A stretch of DNA of 64,000 nt from Salisapilia sapeloensis CBS 127946. Its lineage: Eukaryota; Protista; Oomycota. Position numbers and translations under genes: made by a program. The stretch is from NCBI GenBank assembly GCA_023334545.1, contig JAADVB010000041.1:1-64000 (forward strand), in the 5' to 3' direction. The notes beneath the pieces were generated by a model. It saw nothing but the letters and a program-made list of their open reading frames with translations. It ran no database searches and was not told where the DNA came from. Shown piece by piece: positions 1 to 9,661 of the stretch (position 1 is the first letter of the stretch; every line of letters begins with the position of its first letter).

Positions 1-695
1 ATGTGGAATAATAAAATAACTGCCGGACAATTGTGGTAAGGGAGGAGAGCATTTTCGTATCGATAGAGAGTCATTGTTACGGTATCTGCTCTTTTAGTGT
101 ATGCAGAGTTTGTCACCCCATCTACTTCATCTCAGGAAGAGGTACAACCGGCGCTTGGCGATGCAGTGTAGGTTGACGGAGGATAATTTCTAGTGGCAGC
201 TTCAGCAGCGCTGACTTTCCGTGAATGATCATCTTAAATATTTTACGTGTACCTGTAGCTTTTCATGACTCGGAGGAAATCAGCTTCAATCGATCTATCT
301 AATCTGTGAATTTACCACGATTAATTCCAGTGCGCACCTATTTCGAGCATGCAGCCATGGTTGAGCAGAACGGCAAAAGTTGGCGACTGTGAAGCTTAGA
401 GGAATAGAAGCCTCAATGTACGTATATATCTTTACTTTTACTTATTTTGTATCCGGTAATGAGGAATAATACTGAGGATCCAATGTCGTTAATAGGAGTC
501 ACACAGTGTCTAAGGCCGACTTCAGAGTCTGAAACAGTCCGAGTCTACATTTGGGATTGAAATTGCAGCGAGAATGTTCAAATGTACTCGGTATATGCTA
601 CCACCAGCACAGCTGCATATACTAGCGATAAGAAAGAGATAGAAGTCGATCAAATGAACAAACTTGAATGATGTCAAAATCTCAACGTTATGTTT

Positions 696-2491
696 TTAAG
701 TCTTGATAATCTGGTCCTCCAGTAGATACTCAAAGGTCGTGCCTTTGATGCCAATATGGTTTCCACCCGTGTAAAACGCATCCTTTTCGTCCGTCAGATT
801 TTTTAGTTCGCCATCAGCGAGTTTACTAGAATTACCATTAAATATTATTAGATCAGTACTTGGAATTGGCTTAACAATCTAAATGAGAAGCGTACATTTG
901 ACTCGTCATGTTCATGGCGATCAAGGTTTCGTTCATTTTCAAATTGGCGTTTTGTACATCCCTACATCAACCGGATATTAGAATAAAGCATTTATCGCTA
1001 GAAAACGACGTACAAATACTGGATCAGCGACGAAGTCATTTGGATGTCTAATCCAGAGTAGAATGGTAAAGTATCCTTCTGCAGCGTCTGATTCGCGATA
1101 ACACTAAAAGTATCCTTGAATGACATGACGTCCTCAATCGAAAAATACAAGTGGCAACGTACAATTTGGTCAAGTTCGTCAGAGCGATACTGTTTTCCAC
1201 GGATGGCTGAGGTCGGAAACCGTCAAAGGTGATGCGGTTGTTTGCTAGCTCTCTGTTTGCCGAATATTAGTTTCGTTTTCTCGTTTCATCAGAGCGATGT
1301 ACGTACAGGAGGACCATGCTTGGTATGATAGCTGTGACGCCTTGGATCTTGTTGTGGTTCAGTTCCCTTTGAGATATAGTTCGCTTCATTAGGATAGATA
1401 CAGTCGGATACAAATGAGGATTTCATACGCCGCATAGAGAGAATTCCAAGAACCACTCCAAGACAAAATGCCGTTCTCGTTTGCATTTCTATGGAAATAA
1501 TGAGATACGACTCAGGCCAATGTTGAAAATAAAGCGAGTACATTGTGGAGACATTGGGGCCAAACACTTTTGCGTGGTCGTTGTTCAATGCGTCAAGTTT
1601 GTTGTAGCTTATATCGCTACAGTGAGCAATACGTTAGGGCATGGCAGTCTCTATAAATCTAAACCAACGTACACGTCTTGTAGATTCTTACATGCTCCAC
1701 TAAAAGACCGCGAGTTCAGCTCATTCTTCGAGAGATCTCTACAGTATATTGGTGAGATTAATCCGATCCGTTTCAAGTCAGTATTGTTCTCGTACAAAGA
1801 TAGCAGAGTCTCGTAGTCGCATTTGAACTTATCCAGCTTGTTATCGCTGAGAATTCTATCACAAGCACATGAAGTAAATATACAAAGTACTAGGCAGGGA
1901 AAACGTGACAGGCATTTACAGATTGTGAAGTTTCGGCATTTTCGCATCAAAGGTAGAGATCTTGCTTTTGTCAGCATATCTACAATATCGAGTTAGTTTG
2001 TTATATAGATGATGTTGATATGGACATTGCGTACACTTCTTCGACGCTTTCCCAAGTTCCGGTTATCTTTTCCAGTCTACTTCCCGCGCAAGACCTGGGT
2101 AAACTATCGTTAGTTTGATCGACTGGAGAAAGGAAAATAATGAATTACAAGACTTGTAACTTGGGAAAATATTTTCCATCCAGACTCTTGAGTTTCTTCG
2201 CTTTGTCTAAAGTCCTGGAGAAGTTTTCTTAATTCAAGTTCTAGACATTCATTTTGATGCAACACCTACAGATAAAGAAGATCCGGAAATTTCTTCTCTA
2301 GCTTGGTGACGTCCGTCCCAGTCAGGTTCCTGTCATGGAAGTTAAATTCAGTTATTTGTACAAAGGCTATGCGATGGACTAAGTAGAACGAACAAGTCTT
2401 TCGCTTTCGTATCAATTTTATCTATAGCGCTGACATGAACGAGTGACAAGATCAGGCACAGTTGGACAAAAATGAGTCTCAGACTTTGCAT
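696..2491 (-). CDS. Secreted leucine-rich-repeat protein, 14 exons (about 346 aa if it ends at the TAA at 698-696; 3' end uncertain)
   Basis: Manual splicing: ATG 2491, exons 2491-2394, 2329-2270, 2214-2149, 2094-2035, 1979-1920, 1855-1796, 1738-1673, 1616-1542, 1488-1429, 1366-1307, 1252-1163, 1103-1014, 961-896, 825-696. All introns are GT..AG, 52-70 nt, phase 2. The joined frame is open: signal peptide MQSLRLIFVQLCLILSLVHVSA, then LRR units such as LILSDNKLDKF, LDLSKNELNS, VDISYNKLDAL, AELNHNKIQGV, LELANNRITF. Confidence 0.85.
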
Positions 2492-2526
2492 GTTGGAGAG
2501 TAGGCTTGTACGTTTTCAGAGCTTTG

Positions 2527-2541
2527 AAAGTGAAAATGAAG
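2527..2541 (-). promoter_or_regulatory. Oomycete INR/FPR-like core promoter motif upstream of the LRR gene
   Basis: Minus strand CTTCATTTTCACTTT about 35-50 nt upstream of the ATG; resembles the GCTCATTYYNCAWTTT consensus. Confidence 0.4.
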
Positions 2542-3555
2542 ATAGTCGTTCTTCCTTCACCACTTGATACAAAGGTAGCAATATGAGGTCTTACCGAACC
2601 TGTTGTATGATTAAATCATATATTAGTCGAACTTATAGCGAGCGTCATACGAGGTCCAAATTCCAGCATTCTCTAGCTTGATTGTTGTTTCATATGTCCG
2701 TACTACATGCTCGTCCGAAAAATATGCGATAACCAAAGACACAACGTTATATACGCTTTACTTTCGATTTAAGGGTGGAAGATGACATATGCAGTCTGCA
2801 AGCTGCTCTGGCGATACCGCAAATCCCATGAAGAATTCCTTGAATCACATCTCACCCGCTGTTGTGGCACGAAGCTACCTCGGATTGTTCACAGATTTTA
2901 GCATCTTCGAATGAATTTATTTTATAGGTCATTCACAGAATCATAGATAGCATTAAAATGATTTAGTACGTTACTATTGGCAACAAGTACCTTGATGATC
3001 TATCGTGTCATATAGACTGTGCCTTATGTATCTTGCTATAAGGAAAATTTATGCCCTGCTTATCTTCAAACCATAAAAATTCTCCATCCGAATATATTAA
3101 TAGTGCATTGGGCAACGTAGAAGGTCTATGTGCCGCACAAATACAAAGTGTGATCTAAAGCATATAAAAGCTTGGTCGGTCTGTAGAAACATTTACGACC
3201 CCATCGTATGGGCAAGGCGTTCTATCAGCACAAAGCATTCATAATGTAGCTTTATTGAGCAAGAACGGTCTAGCTGCGCATACTCGACGGAATTAAACCA
3301 AAGCACCTTTATCATACGAGAGTTAGAATCTTCTATAGAAAAAGCATGACGAACTATGTGATCAGTCGAGACAAAATGACGACCTGGTCAGTTCTGACAT
3401 GTGCTATCCATTTTCACTTGTTACTCCTTTGACTTCGCTACCAATGGAGGATAGTCACAAGCCACATGAAGCGAGAGTTAATACGAGCTGACTTATCCAT
3501 TTTATACCAAAACATAACAGAGGTGGAAACTTGGAATGTCTGATCTATGTTTGCT

Positions 3556-5289
3556 TTATAAGTGATGAGTCTCGACGATGGTATTTGCTTTAACCCAAAC
3601 GCGAAGGTCTTGTGGCGAACGAATCTTTGTCCAATCCAAAGCCGACATATTGAACCACTTGGCCCCTCCTTTCTTCAGGAGGTACTTAGCAGTTTCCAAG
3701 TGTCCTTCGTTCACCGCACCGAAGATTGCAGGCGATGTAAAAGACGTGTAGGAGTTGGAGTAAAGATATTCCACAACTTCCAAATGTCCATTTCTTGAAG
3801 CGCGATTGATCGAAGCCACAGAGCATCCTTCAGTGCGGTTATGAAGCAACCATTGGAGCATCTCGAAGTGGCCTGACTCAGCTGCTCGGTCTGTGACAGC
3901 AAAGCTAAAACCAGGGCATTTGCTATGGCTAAGATACTTTATCATGTCAAAGTGTCCGTGAAGTGCTGCCTGCATAACCGCGTACGGAGAGCATCGCTCC
4001 TTTCGTACGTTGTATAAGAACTGGACAACGTTGAGATGTCCACACATTACAGCATAGTTGATTGATGCCACCGTGCATCCTTCCGATCGTTGCTCATGCA
4101 AAAACTTGACGACTTGAAAGTGGCCATTGCCGGCGCTTTGATCCATCGCTTCTTTCGTACAACCTTCTGTGCGGTGCTCATGTAGGAACTGAACAATTTC
4201 TAAAAACCCATTTTTCGCGGCTCTATCCATTGCTCGTTTAGAGCATCCTTCCGATCGGTTAAAGTGGAGGAACTTGACAACTTCCATGTGGCCACGCGCG
4301 CAAGCATCTTCCATCGCCTTAGTGGTGCATCCTTCCGTACGATGCGCGTGTAGCCATTTGACAATTTCAAGGTGGCCTTCACCTGCTGCCAAGTCCATGG
4401 CGTTGGTACTGCATCCCTCGGATCGGTGCTCGTGAAGGAATTGGACAATTGCGAGGTGATTGTTCCGACAAGCGTTATCTAAGGCTAGCTTCGTGCAGCC
4501 TTCGCGACGGTTCTTGTGCAGCCACACCACTACGTCCACGTAACCGGAAGAGGCTGCTGCATCCATCGCTGCCGTGCTACAGTCGGACTCAGCCAGCCCG
4601 TGGATCCACTCTATAACATGCAAATGGCCATTGCTAGCTGCTCTGTCGATAGCCGAGGATGAGCAGTGCGCGTTGTGGTCGTGGTACAGCCACTTCATCA
4701 GCTCTAGATGGCCTTTTTCAGCAGCACACGCTAGTGTGACGGGTGTCAGGCCTTTGGAATGGTCGTCTTGGAGCAGCCATTCCAAGATGTGTCTATGCCC
4801 ATTGCGCGAAACGACGTCAACGACGTAGCCGGCGCAGGGTATCGGTTGGTGGTTCTGTAGGTACTTCAAAGTAGCCAAATGTCCTGCGTATGCAGCTAGG
4901 TGCTTAGCAATCGTAAAATGTCGCGACACAAGTTCGTTCGCGTAGATCCACTCGATGGCATGTTGCTGGCCACGTCCAGCCGCTAGTTTGACCGTCGCTT
5001 GAGGAAAGTCCCAGTCGGGATATAATTCGTGGAGCCACTGCATCATGTCAATACGACCTTGTGCCGCAGCATTCGCCACGACTTCCGCCCATACTTTATA
5101 ACGAAGTCTTTGTCCGTGCTTCTTGTATAGCCATTGCAGCAGTGACCACTGACCTTTTTCGGAAGCTACAATCGGTGACCAGACGACCGAGTGGTCCACG
5201 AACTCATCCAGCATAGTGACGATAGGGTCAATCGCTAGAATCTGTTCACGTTCGCGGACAACCACGTTAACGCCGCATAGTATAGACAT
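3556..5289 (-). CDS. Ankyrin-repeat protein of the oomycete-expanded GCTTxAMDxAAxxGHL type, single exon
   Basis: Many tandem repeats such as REGCTKLALDNACRNNHLAIVQFLHEH and SEGCSTNAMDLAAGEGHLEIVKWLHAH. First in-frame ATG 5289 (MSILCGVNVV) fits the family N-terminus; the ORF track starts further upstream. Confidence 0.9.
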   Translation of the reverse strand: MSILCGVNVVVREREQILAIDPIVTMLDEFVDHSVVWSPIVASEKGQWSLLQWLYKKHGQRLRYKVWAEVVANAAAQGRIDMMQWLHELYPDWDFPQATVKLAAGRGQQHAIEWIYANELVSRHFTIAKHLAAYAGHLATLKYLQNHQPIPCAGYVVDVVSRNGHRHILEWLLQDDHSKGLTPVTLACAAEKGHLELMKWLYHDHNAHCSSSAIDRAASNGHLHVIEWIHGLAESDCSTAAMDAAASSGYVDVVVWLHKNRREGCTKLALDNACRNNHLAIVQFLHEHRSEGCSTNAMDLAAGEGHLEIVKWLHAHRTEGCTTKAMEDACARGHMEVVKFLHFNRSEGCSKRAMDRAAKNGFLEIVQFLHEHRTEGCTKEAMDQSAGNGHFQVVKFLHEQRSEGCTVASINYAVMCGHLNVVQFLYNVRKERCSPYAVMQAALHGHFDMIKYLSHSKCPGFSFAVTDRAAESGHFEMLQWLLHNRTEGCSVASINRASRNGHLEVVEYLYSNSYTSFTSPAIFGAVNEGHLETAKYLLKKGGAKWFNMSALDWTKIRSPQDLRVWVKANTIVETHHL

Positions 5290-5594
5290 CGTGTGCTTTA
5301 GACTCTTGAAACTTTGATTAGTGCTTAGTAGAAATCGTAGAGACTTGTAAAACGAACGAGGCTGAAACGTCGGGAAGCCGTCGCCTGCAATCATGAAACT
5401 CTTCCATTTCGTACCTTAAACGATCTTCACCTATGGATGGAAAACCATCAAGGAATTGCGAAAGCTTGATACTATACCTAGGTCTGTACTTACGAGTACT
5501 AACCGGATACAATTAATCACACGACATGTAGTCACAGCTCTAGCTACATTTAAATGAAAAGCTTCGTAAACAATCTGCAGATACTTTATTTGCT

Positions 5595-6794
5595 TTAATT
5601 CATTTGAAAGCGTTGGGTATCACAGTCAGCCACAAGCTCTTTCAACTGTTCCTCCTTGTCGTACATCCCAAATTGGCCACCAGTGTGCAGAAATAGAATG
5701 GAGGAGCCAGCAAACTTGTCCGGCGAGGCATTGAGTTCTTGTAACAAATGAAAGAGAGCCTTGCCAGAGTACACGGGATCCATCAATACGCCCGTCGACC
5801 TCGCAACGTCCCTGACGAATGATAGCTCTTGCTTCGTACTACGCGCGTACCCAACGCCCTGGGCATTGGTGATCTGTAGGAACTGTCGCGACGAAATGTG
5901 TTTTGGCACACCCATCTCAGGTAAGATTTTATCATCGATATGCGAGTAAAAGTACTCTGGCTTATCACACACAATGTATGCATGCACCGGAATGGTCTTG
6001 TCGAAAGAGAGTGACGCATCGGAATGCTCTTGAGCATAGAGGTAGGAGCCAAGTCCGATCCCCGCTGCCGTTCCTCCACTACCACATGCAAACGCTATAT
6101 CCGAAAACTCTACGTCCAAGCTTGCTATCTGCTGCTGCATCTCTCCTACTGCCTCTAGATACCCCCATGTACCCAGTCCGTTGCTTCCACCCACTGGAAT
6201 CGCATATGGCTTCTTACCTTCGGCACGTAACCTCTCACATGTCTTCTCGATCATGTTATCGGCACCGAACTTGCCATACTCTTGTCGTGACATTTGAAGC
6301 GAATGCGCTCCGATCATCTTGTTAAAGAGCACATTGCCCACGAGTCCCGGATCTTCGTCCGGATTATTTGATCGAAGGAGCAGGTAGGAGTCCAAACCGA
6401 ACATGCGAGCGACAGCAGCTGTCGCTCGACAGTGGTTGCTCTGCACGCCGCCGCATGTGACGATGCAATCGGCGCCAGCATCCAGAGCATCCTGCATTAT
6501 GAACTCAAGCTTCCGGATCTTGTTGCCGGAGGTTTCAAGGCCACTAAAGTCATCTCGCTTCATATAGAGCTTCACTCCGTCTGGTAGACCTGGAGGAGAA
6601 AGCGGTAGAATTGGGGTTGGAAAATGGCCGAGCTGAAGACGTTTAACAGGAGCATTGCGAAGACATGCAGCCCAGTCGGGTGCATCATAGGACACGCTAC
6701 TGAGCATTGTCGTGTACGATCTCGAGACAGATCTAATGCAGGCCGAAGACGTAGCAGGAGAAGTATGTGAAATTAGCCTTGAAGCACGCAGCAT
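5595..6794 (-). CDS. DCD: D-cysteine desulfhydrase (PLP-dependent, ACC deaminase family), probable mitochondrial presequence
   Basis: KRDDFSGLETSGNKIRKLEF (PLP lysine), GGVQSNHCRATA, CGSGGTAAG, DPVYSGKA and FLHTGG; Arg/Ser-rich N-terminus with no acidic residues. Confidence 0.9.
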   Translation of the reverse strand: MLRASRLISHTSPATSSACIRSVSRSYTTMLSSVSYDAPDWAACLRNAPVKRLQLGHFPTPILPLSPPGLPDGVKLYMKRDDFSGLETSGNKIRKLEFIMQDALDAGADCIVTCGGVQSNHCRATAAVARMFGLDSYLLLRSNNPDEDPGLVGNVLFNKMIGAHSLQMSRQEYGKFGADNMIEKTCERLRAEGKKPYAIPVGGSNGLGTWGYLEAVGEMQQQIASLDVEFSDIAFACGSGGTAAGIGLGSYLYAQEHSDASLSFDKTIPVHAYIVCDKPEYFYSHIDDKILPEMGVPKHISSRQFLQITNAQGVGYARSTKQELSFVRDVARSTGVLMDPVYSGKALFHLLQELNASPDKFAGSSILFLHTGGQFGMYDKEEQLKELVADCDTQRFQMN

Positions 6795-6975
6795 GATTCG
6801 TATTTGAGTACCAAGTACTCATTCATAATGAAATGCATACTCTATTTATATTCGTTTCATGTACGCATATTCAATATCCCTGGAATAGATCATGGCGATG
6901 CTACTGTATTGTTTTATGTCTACTGCTACTGTAGACGCAATGTAGGATAATCTTAAAAGTCTTGTGGGTGCAAGC

Positions 6976-8001
6976 TTATTTGAATGCGAGGAGAGTCACG
7001 AGGAAGAGGGTGAACGTAACCATCTTGAGCATCAAAGATTCAGAGTCTTTGGCACGAGCCGCAGGGTTACTGTTGCTGCCTTGGCCATCTTGATTGACAG
7101 CACTATTACTCTCATCTTCCTCAGTGCAAAAGTCACCGACGAAGCCGGCGTCGCATTCGCACACGCCACTTTTGCACGTACCGTGACCATCGCATGCATT
7201 GACCGATTTGTCATCACACTTGTCACATTGGTCACCGGTAGTGCCTTCTTCGCATGTGCATGTGCCAGTAATTTTGTCTGCTGGAATCTCACATTTTCCT
7301 TTGGCACCACATTGAGAGAGCGTAGTGCATTCACTAGACACCACATTGAGGCATTTGTCGCTGATATCATACCCTGCTTGGCATCTGCACTCGTACTGGG
7401 TTCCAAAGACCTTGGAAGGCACACAAGTTCCATGTCCGTTACAAAGTAACTTATTATCACCGTTGGTTGCCTCGCCGGCACATCCATCGGCGATAGAGTC
7501 ACTTACTGTACTCACGATATTGCCACTGCCAGACGTGTATTTATCGGCATCCACGCACTTGTACGTTCCATTGACCTTAATGTTTTCTTCTTCGATCTTC
7601 ATGCTCGCCGAGTAGCAAGAAATTTTATCACCACTTCCAGCTGCATCAATTACGACTTTGTCGTTCAAATCTAGTACTTCGTTGCAGTCATCGACAGGAA
7701 CGAACGCACAGACAGGCTGGACTTCTTGGTACTTGGATGGCCAGGATGTAAATGTCGGACAAGAACCAACGCTCTTACCTGAACAGAAATCCTGCGCAAC
7801 CGTGCACATATTCAGCATCTCAAGTCCGGCTGTATTTGTGTCGACCGAAACGCAGGCAAACTTGTTATTGTATTCCTCATGGCAGTATGTCGAGTTTTCG
7901 CATTGTCCTGGGAAGTCGGATACATCGACACCTCGGACAGAGACAATGGTGAGACCAGCCACAACCATTGCACGGATGGAGTTCTGGTAGACCATCTTCA
8001 T
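6976..8001 (-). CDS. Secreted Cys-rich EGF-repeat cell-surface protein, probably GPI- or C-terminally anchored
   Basis: ATG 8001 gives signal peptide MKMVYQNSIRAMVVAGLTIVSVRG; EGF-like units CNGHGTC..CRCQAGY, CTCEEGTTGDQC, CDGHGTCKSGVCECDAGFVGDFC; hydrophobic C-terminus MLKMVTFTLFLVTLLAFK. Confidence 0.85.
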   Translation of the reverse strand: MKMVYQNSIRAMVVAGLTIVSVRGVDVSDFPGQCENSTYCHEEYNNKFACVSVDTNTAGLEMLNMCTVAQDFCSGKSVGSCPTFTSWPSKYQEVQPVCAFVPVDDCNEVLDLNDKVVIDAAGSGDKISCYSASMKIEEENIKVNGTYKCVDADKYTSGSGNIVSTVSDSIADGCAGEATNGDNKLLCNGHGTCVPSKVFGTQYECRCQAGYDISDKCLNVVSSECTTLSQCGAKGKCEIPADKITGTCTCEEGTTGDQCDKCDDKSVNACDGHGTCKSGVCECDAGFVGDFCTEEDESNSAVNQDGQGSNSNPAARAKDSESLMLKMVTFTLFLVTLLAFK

Positions 8002-8555
8002 TTCCTGGATACTTGGATAAGGAAGGTGCGATCTGTGCGCTGCGAAGAAAATCCGATAATGCTCATCTGCGAGCAAAACCACCACCAGGTCTAATTTTAA
8101 CACACCTCCCGTCTTGTCTACTTTACAGCTATAAATATACGAATATGAAACCGCCCCCATTCCAAACGACCATCAATTTCAAACTCAAGCTCAGTGTACC
8201 AAATTCTCTTCTATTCCTAGACCGCAAGCGTTAAATGGAAAGTAGCAGTTACCTGCATATCCATTGTTGTTATACTCGTCCCAATGTCTATGGAGTGCTC
8301 TTGGTAGCACGCTGCGGTACAACTTCTACCAATGTAAATGGTATCCCTTCACTACGAATTGCATGCAAACTAGAAGCTCATTTTCATCAACAGATCGGAT
8401 AAAAGCGTATCATAACACTTCAACATAACTTCCAACAGAGGAGCCATCTGTCCTGCATATCCGGAATAATAGCGTCATACGTACACTTGATGAATGGAAG
8501 GAAATAGATGACGCGTTGGGACAGGTTGGACATCAAATTACGGACGACCGGAATC

Positions 8556-9469
8556 ATGAACGTGATGGATTGCGAAGAGGGTGTGCATGAAGCACTGCAG
8601 GACGATCGACCGAAGAGACTTGTTGAGATTATCAACAAGGTATTTTTCTATCGATAATGCGCTTTCTCGGAGCTTTCGGTATCATATCAAGCATTTCGAC
8701 AGTCTAAATCGTACTCGGTTTCTTTCTGTAGCACTTGAAGAAGAATTACCAGAACAAGGATGACCCGAAAAAGCTCGATTTTGTTTGTCTAGAATGCAGT
8801 GAAGCAGGTGGGTTATACGCAGTATGACGAAGCATCGTATAGTAGCCTCATTTATGTGCACTTGATATGAGCAGGACCGGAAGGGAAGGCTCGCGCGTTC
8901 TTCTCTGCACCTCCTCCAACGATCGTCTTCTGTGCCAACCGTCTTCACTCTTTCAAAGATATACACGAGACACTCGTCCATGAGCTAGTACACGCCTACG
9001 ACGTAATTTTCTGTATTACATCAGTCTTAGCGAGTTGAGAGCTCACGCCTTGTCCACTGCGTAGTTTTCCGTACGGGATATGGACATCACACAGCCAGAT
9101 CTCTTAGCCTGCAGGTACACGACGCTGTCATGTTCATTTCTGTAACCAGACCTTCACAATATGTACTCTTAGCGAAATCCGTTCCGCACGAGAAAGCGAG
9201 TGCTATCAGAAAGCGAACCTACTGGCATCCTTGTTGCCAGACACAGCATTCTTTAACAAAAGCGCCGACTGGTTTAACTCTCGCTGCGTCCGACATCATG
9301 CCATCCGCTCCACTCAAGTATATTCATATTCGTGGATAAAGGATATCACGCTTACAATCTCACTCTCTCTGCCTTTGTCTTCTAGTCTCTTTTCCCAGAT
9401 GAAGCCGAGAGCGACGTCGACAAGATGTTTGCTCAGTGCTATGCAGACAGATCACCTTTTGTAGAGTAA
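8556..9469 (+). CDS. ATP23: Mitochondrial inner-membrane metalloprotease ATP23, 6 exons
   Basis: Spliced translation MNVMDCEEGVHEAL..FVCLECSE..IVFCANRL..TLVHELVHAYD..LACSEIRSAR..MFAQCYADRSPFVE*; HExxH motif and ATP23 signatures CSEIRxA and CxxDxxPF. Not called by the ORF track. Confidence 0.92.
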
Positions 9470-9661
9470 CGCATTGAAAACAGGAAAAAGCACTCTTCAT
9501 TTACCTTTGTACAAAAAGCAGTTCATTCTACGAAACAAAGTATCTATAGATCGAATACGTTTAGCGTATCAAGTCATGAATGGAGTATGTATTTCTTTCC
9601 TATCAACACTTGACATGCATCCACAAGTCCTTCACATCCAAATCCGTCCTCCAATTACTTC

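Noticed and set aside
1289-1977. Track ORFs 1289..1588, 1481..1816 and 1651..1977
   Set aside because: They are intron read-throughs or the antisense of the spliced LRR gene.
2550-3550. 1 kb between the LRR and ankyrin genes as a hidden gene or TE relic
   Set aside because: No spliceable frame, repeat or recognisable motif found.
5595-6794. ACC deaminase call
   Set aside because: The specificity residues are Ser/Thr (D-cysteine desulfhydrase type), not Glu/Leu.
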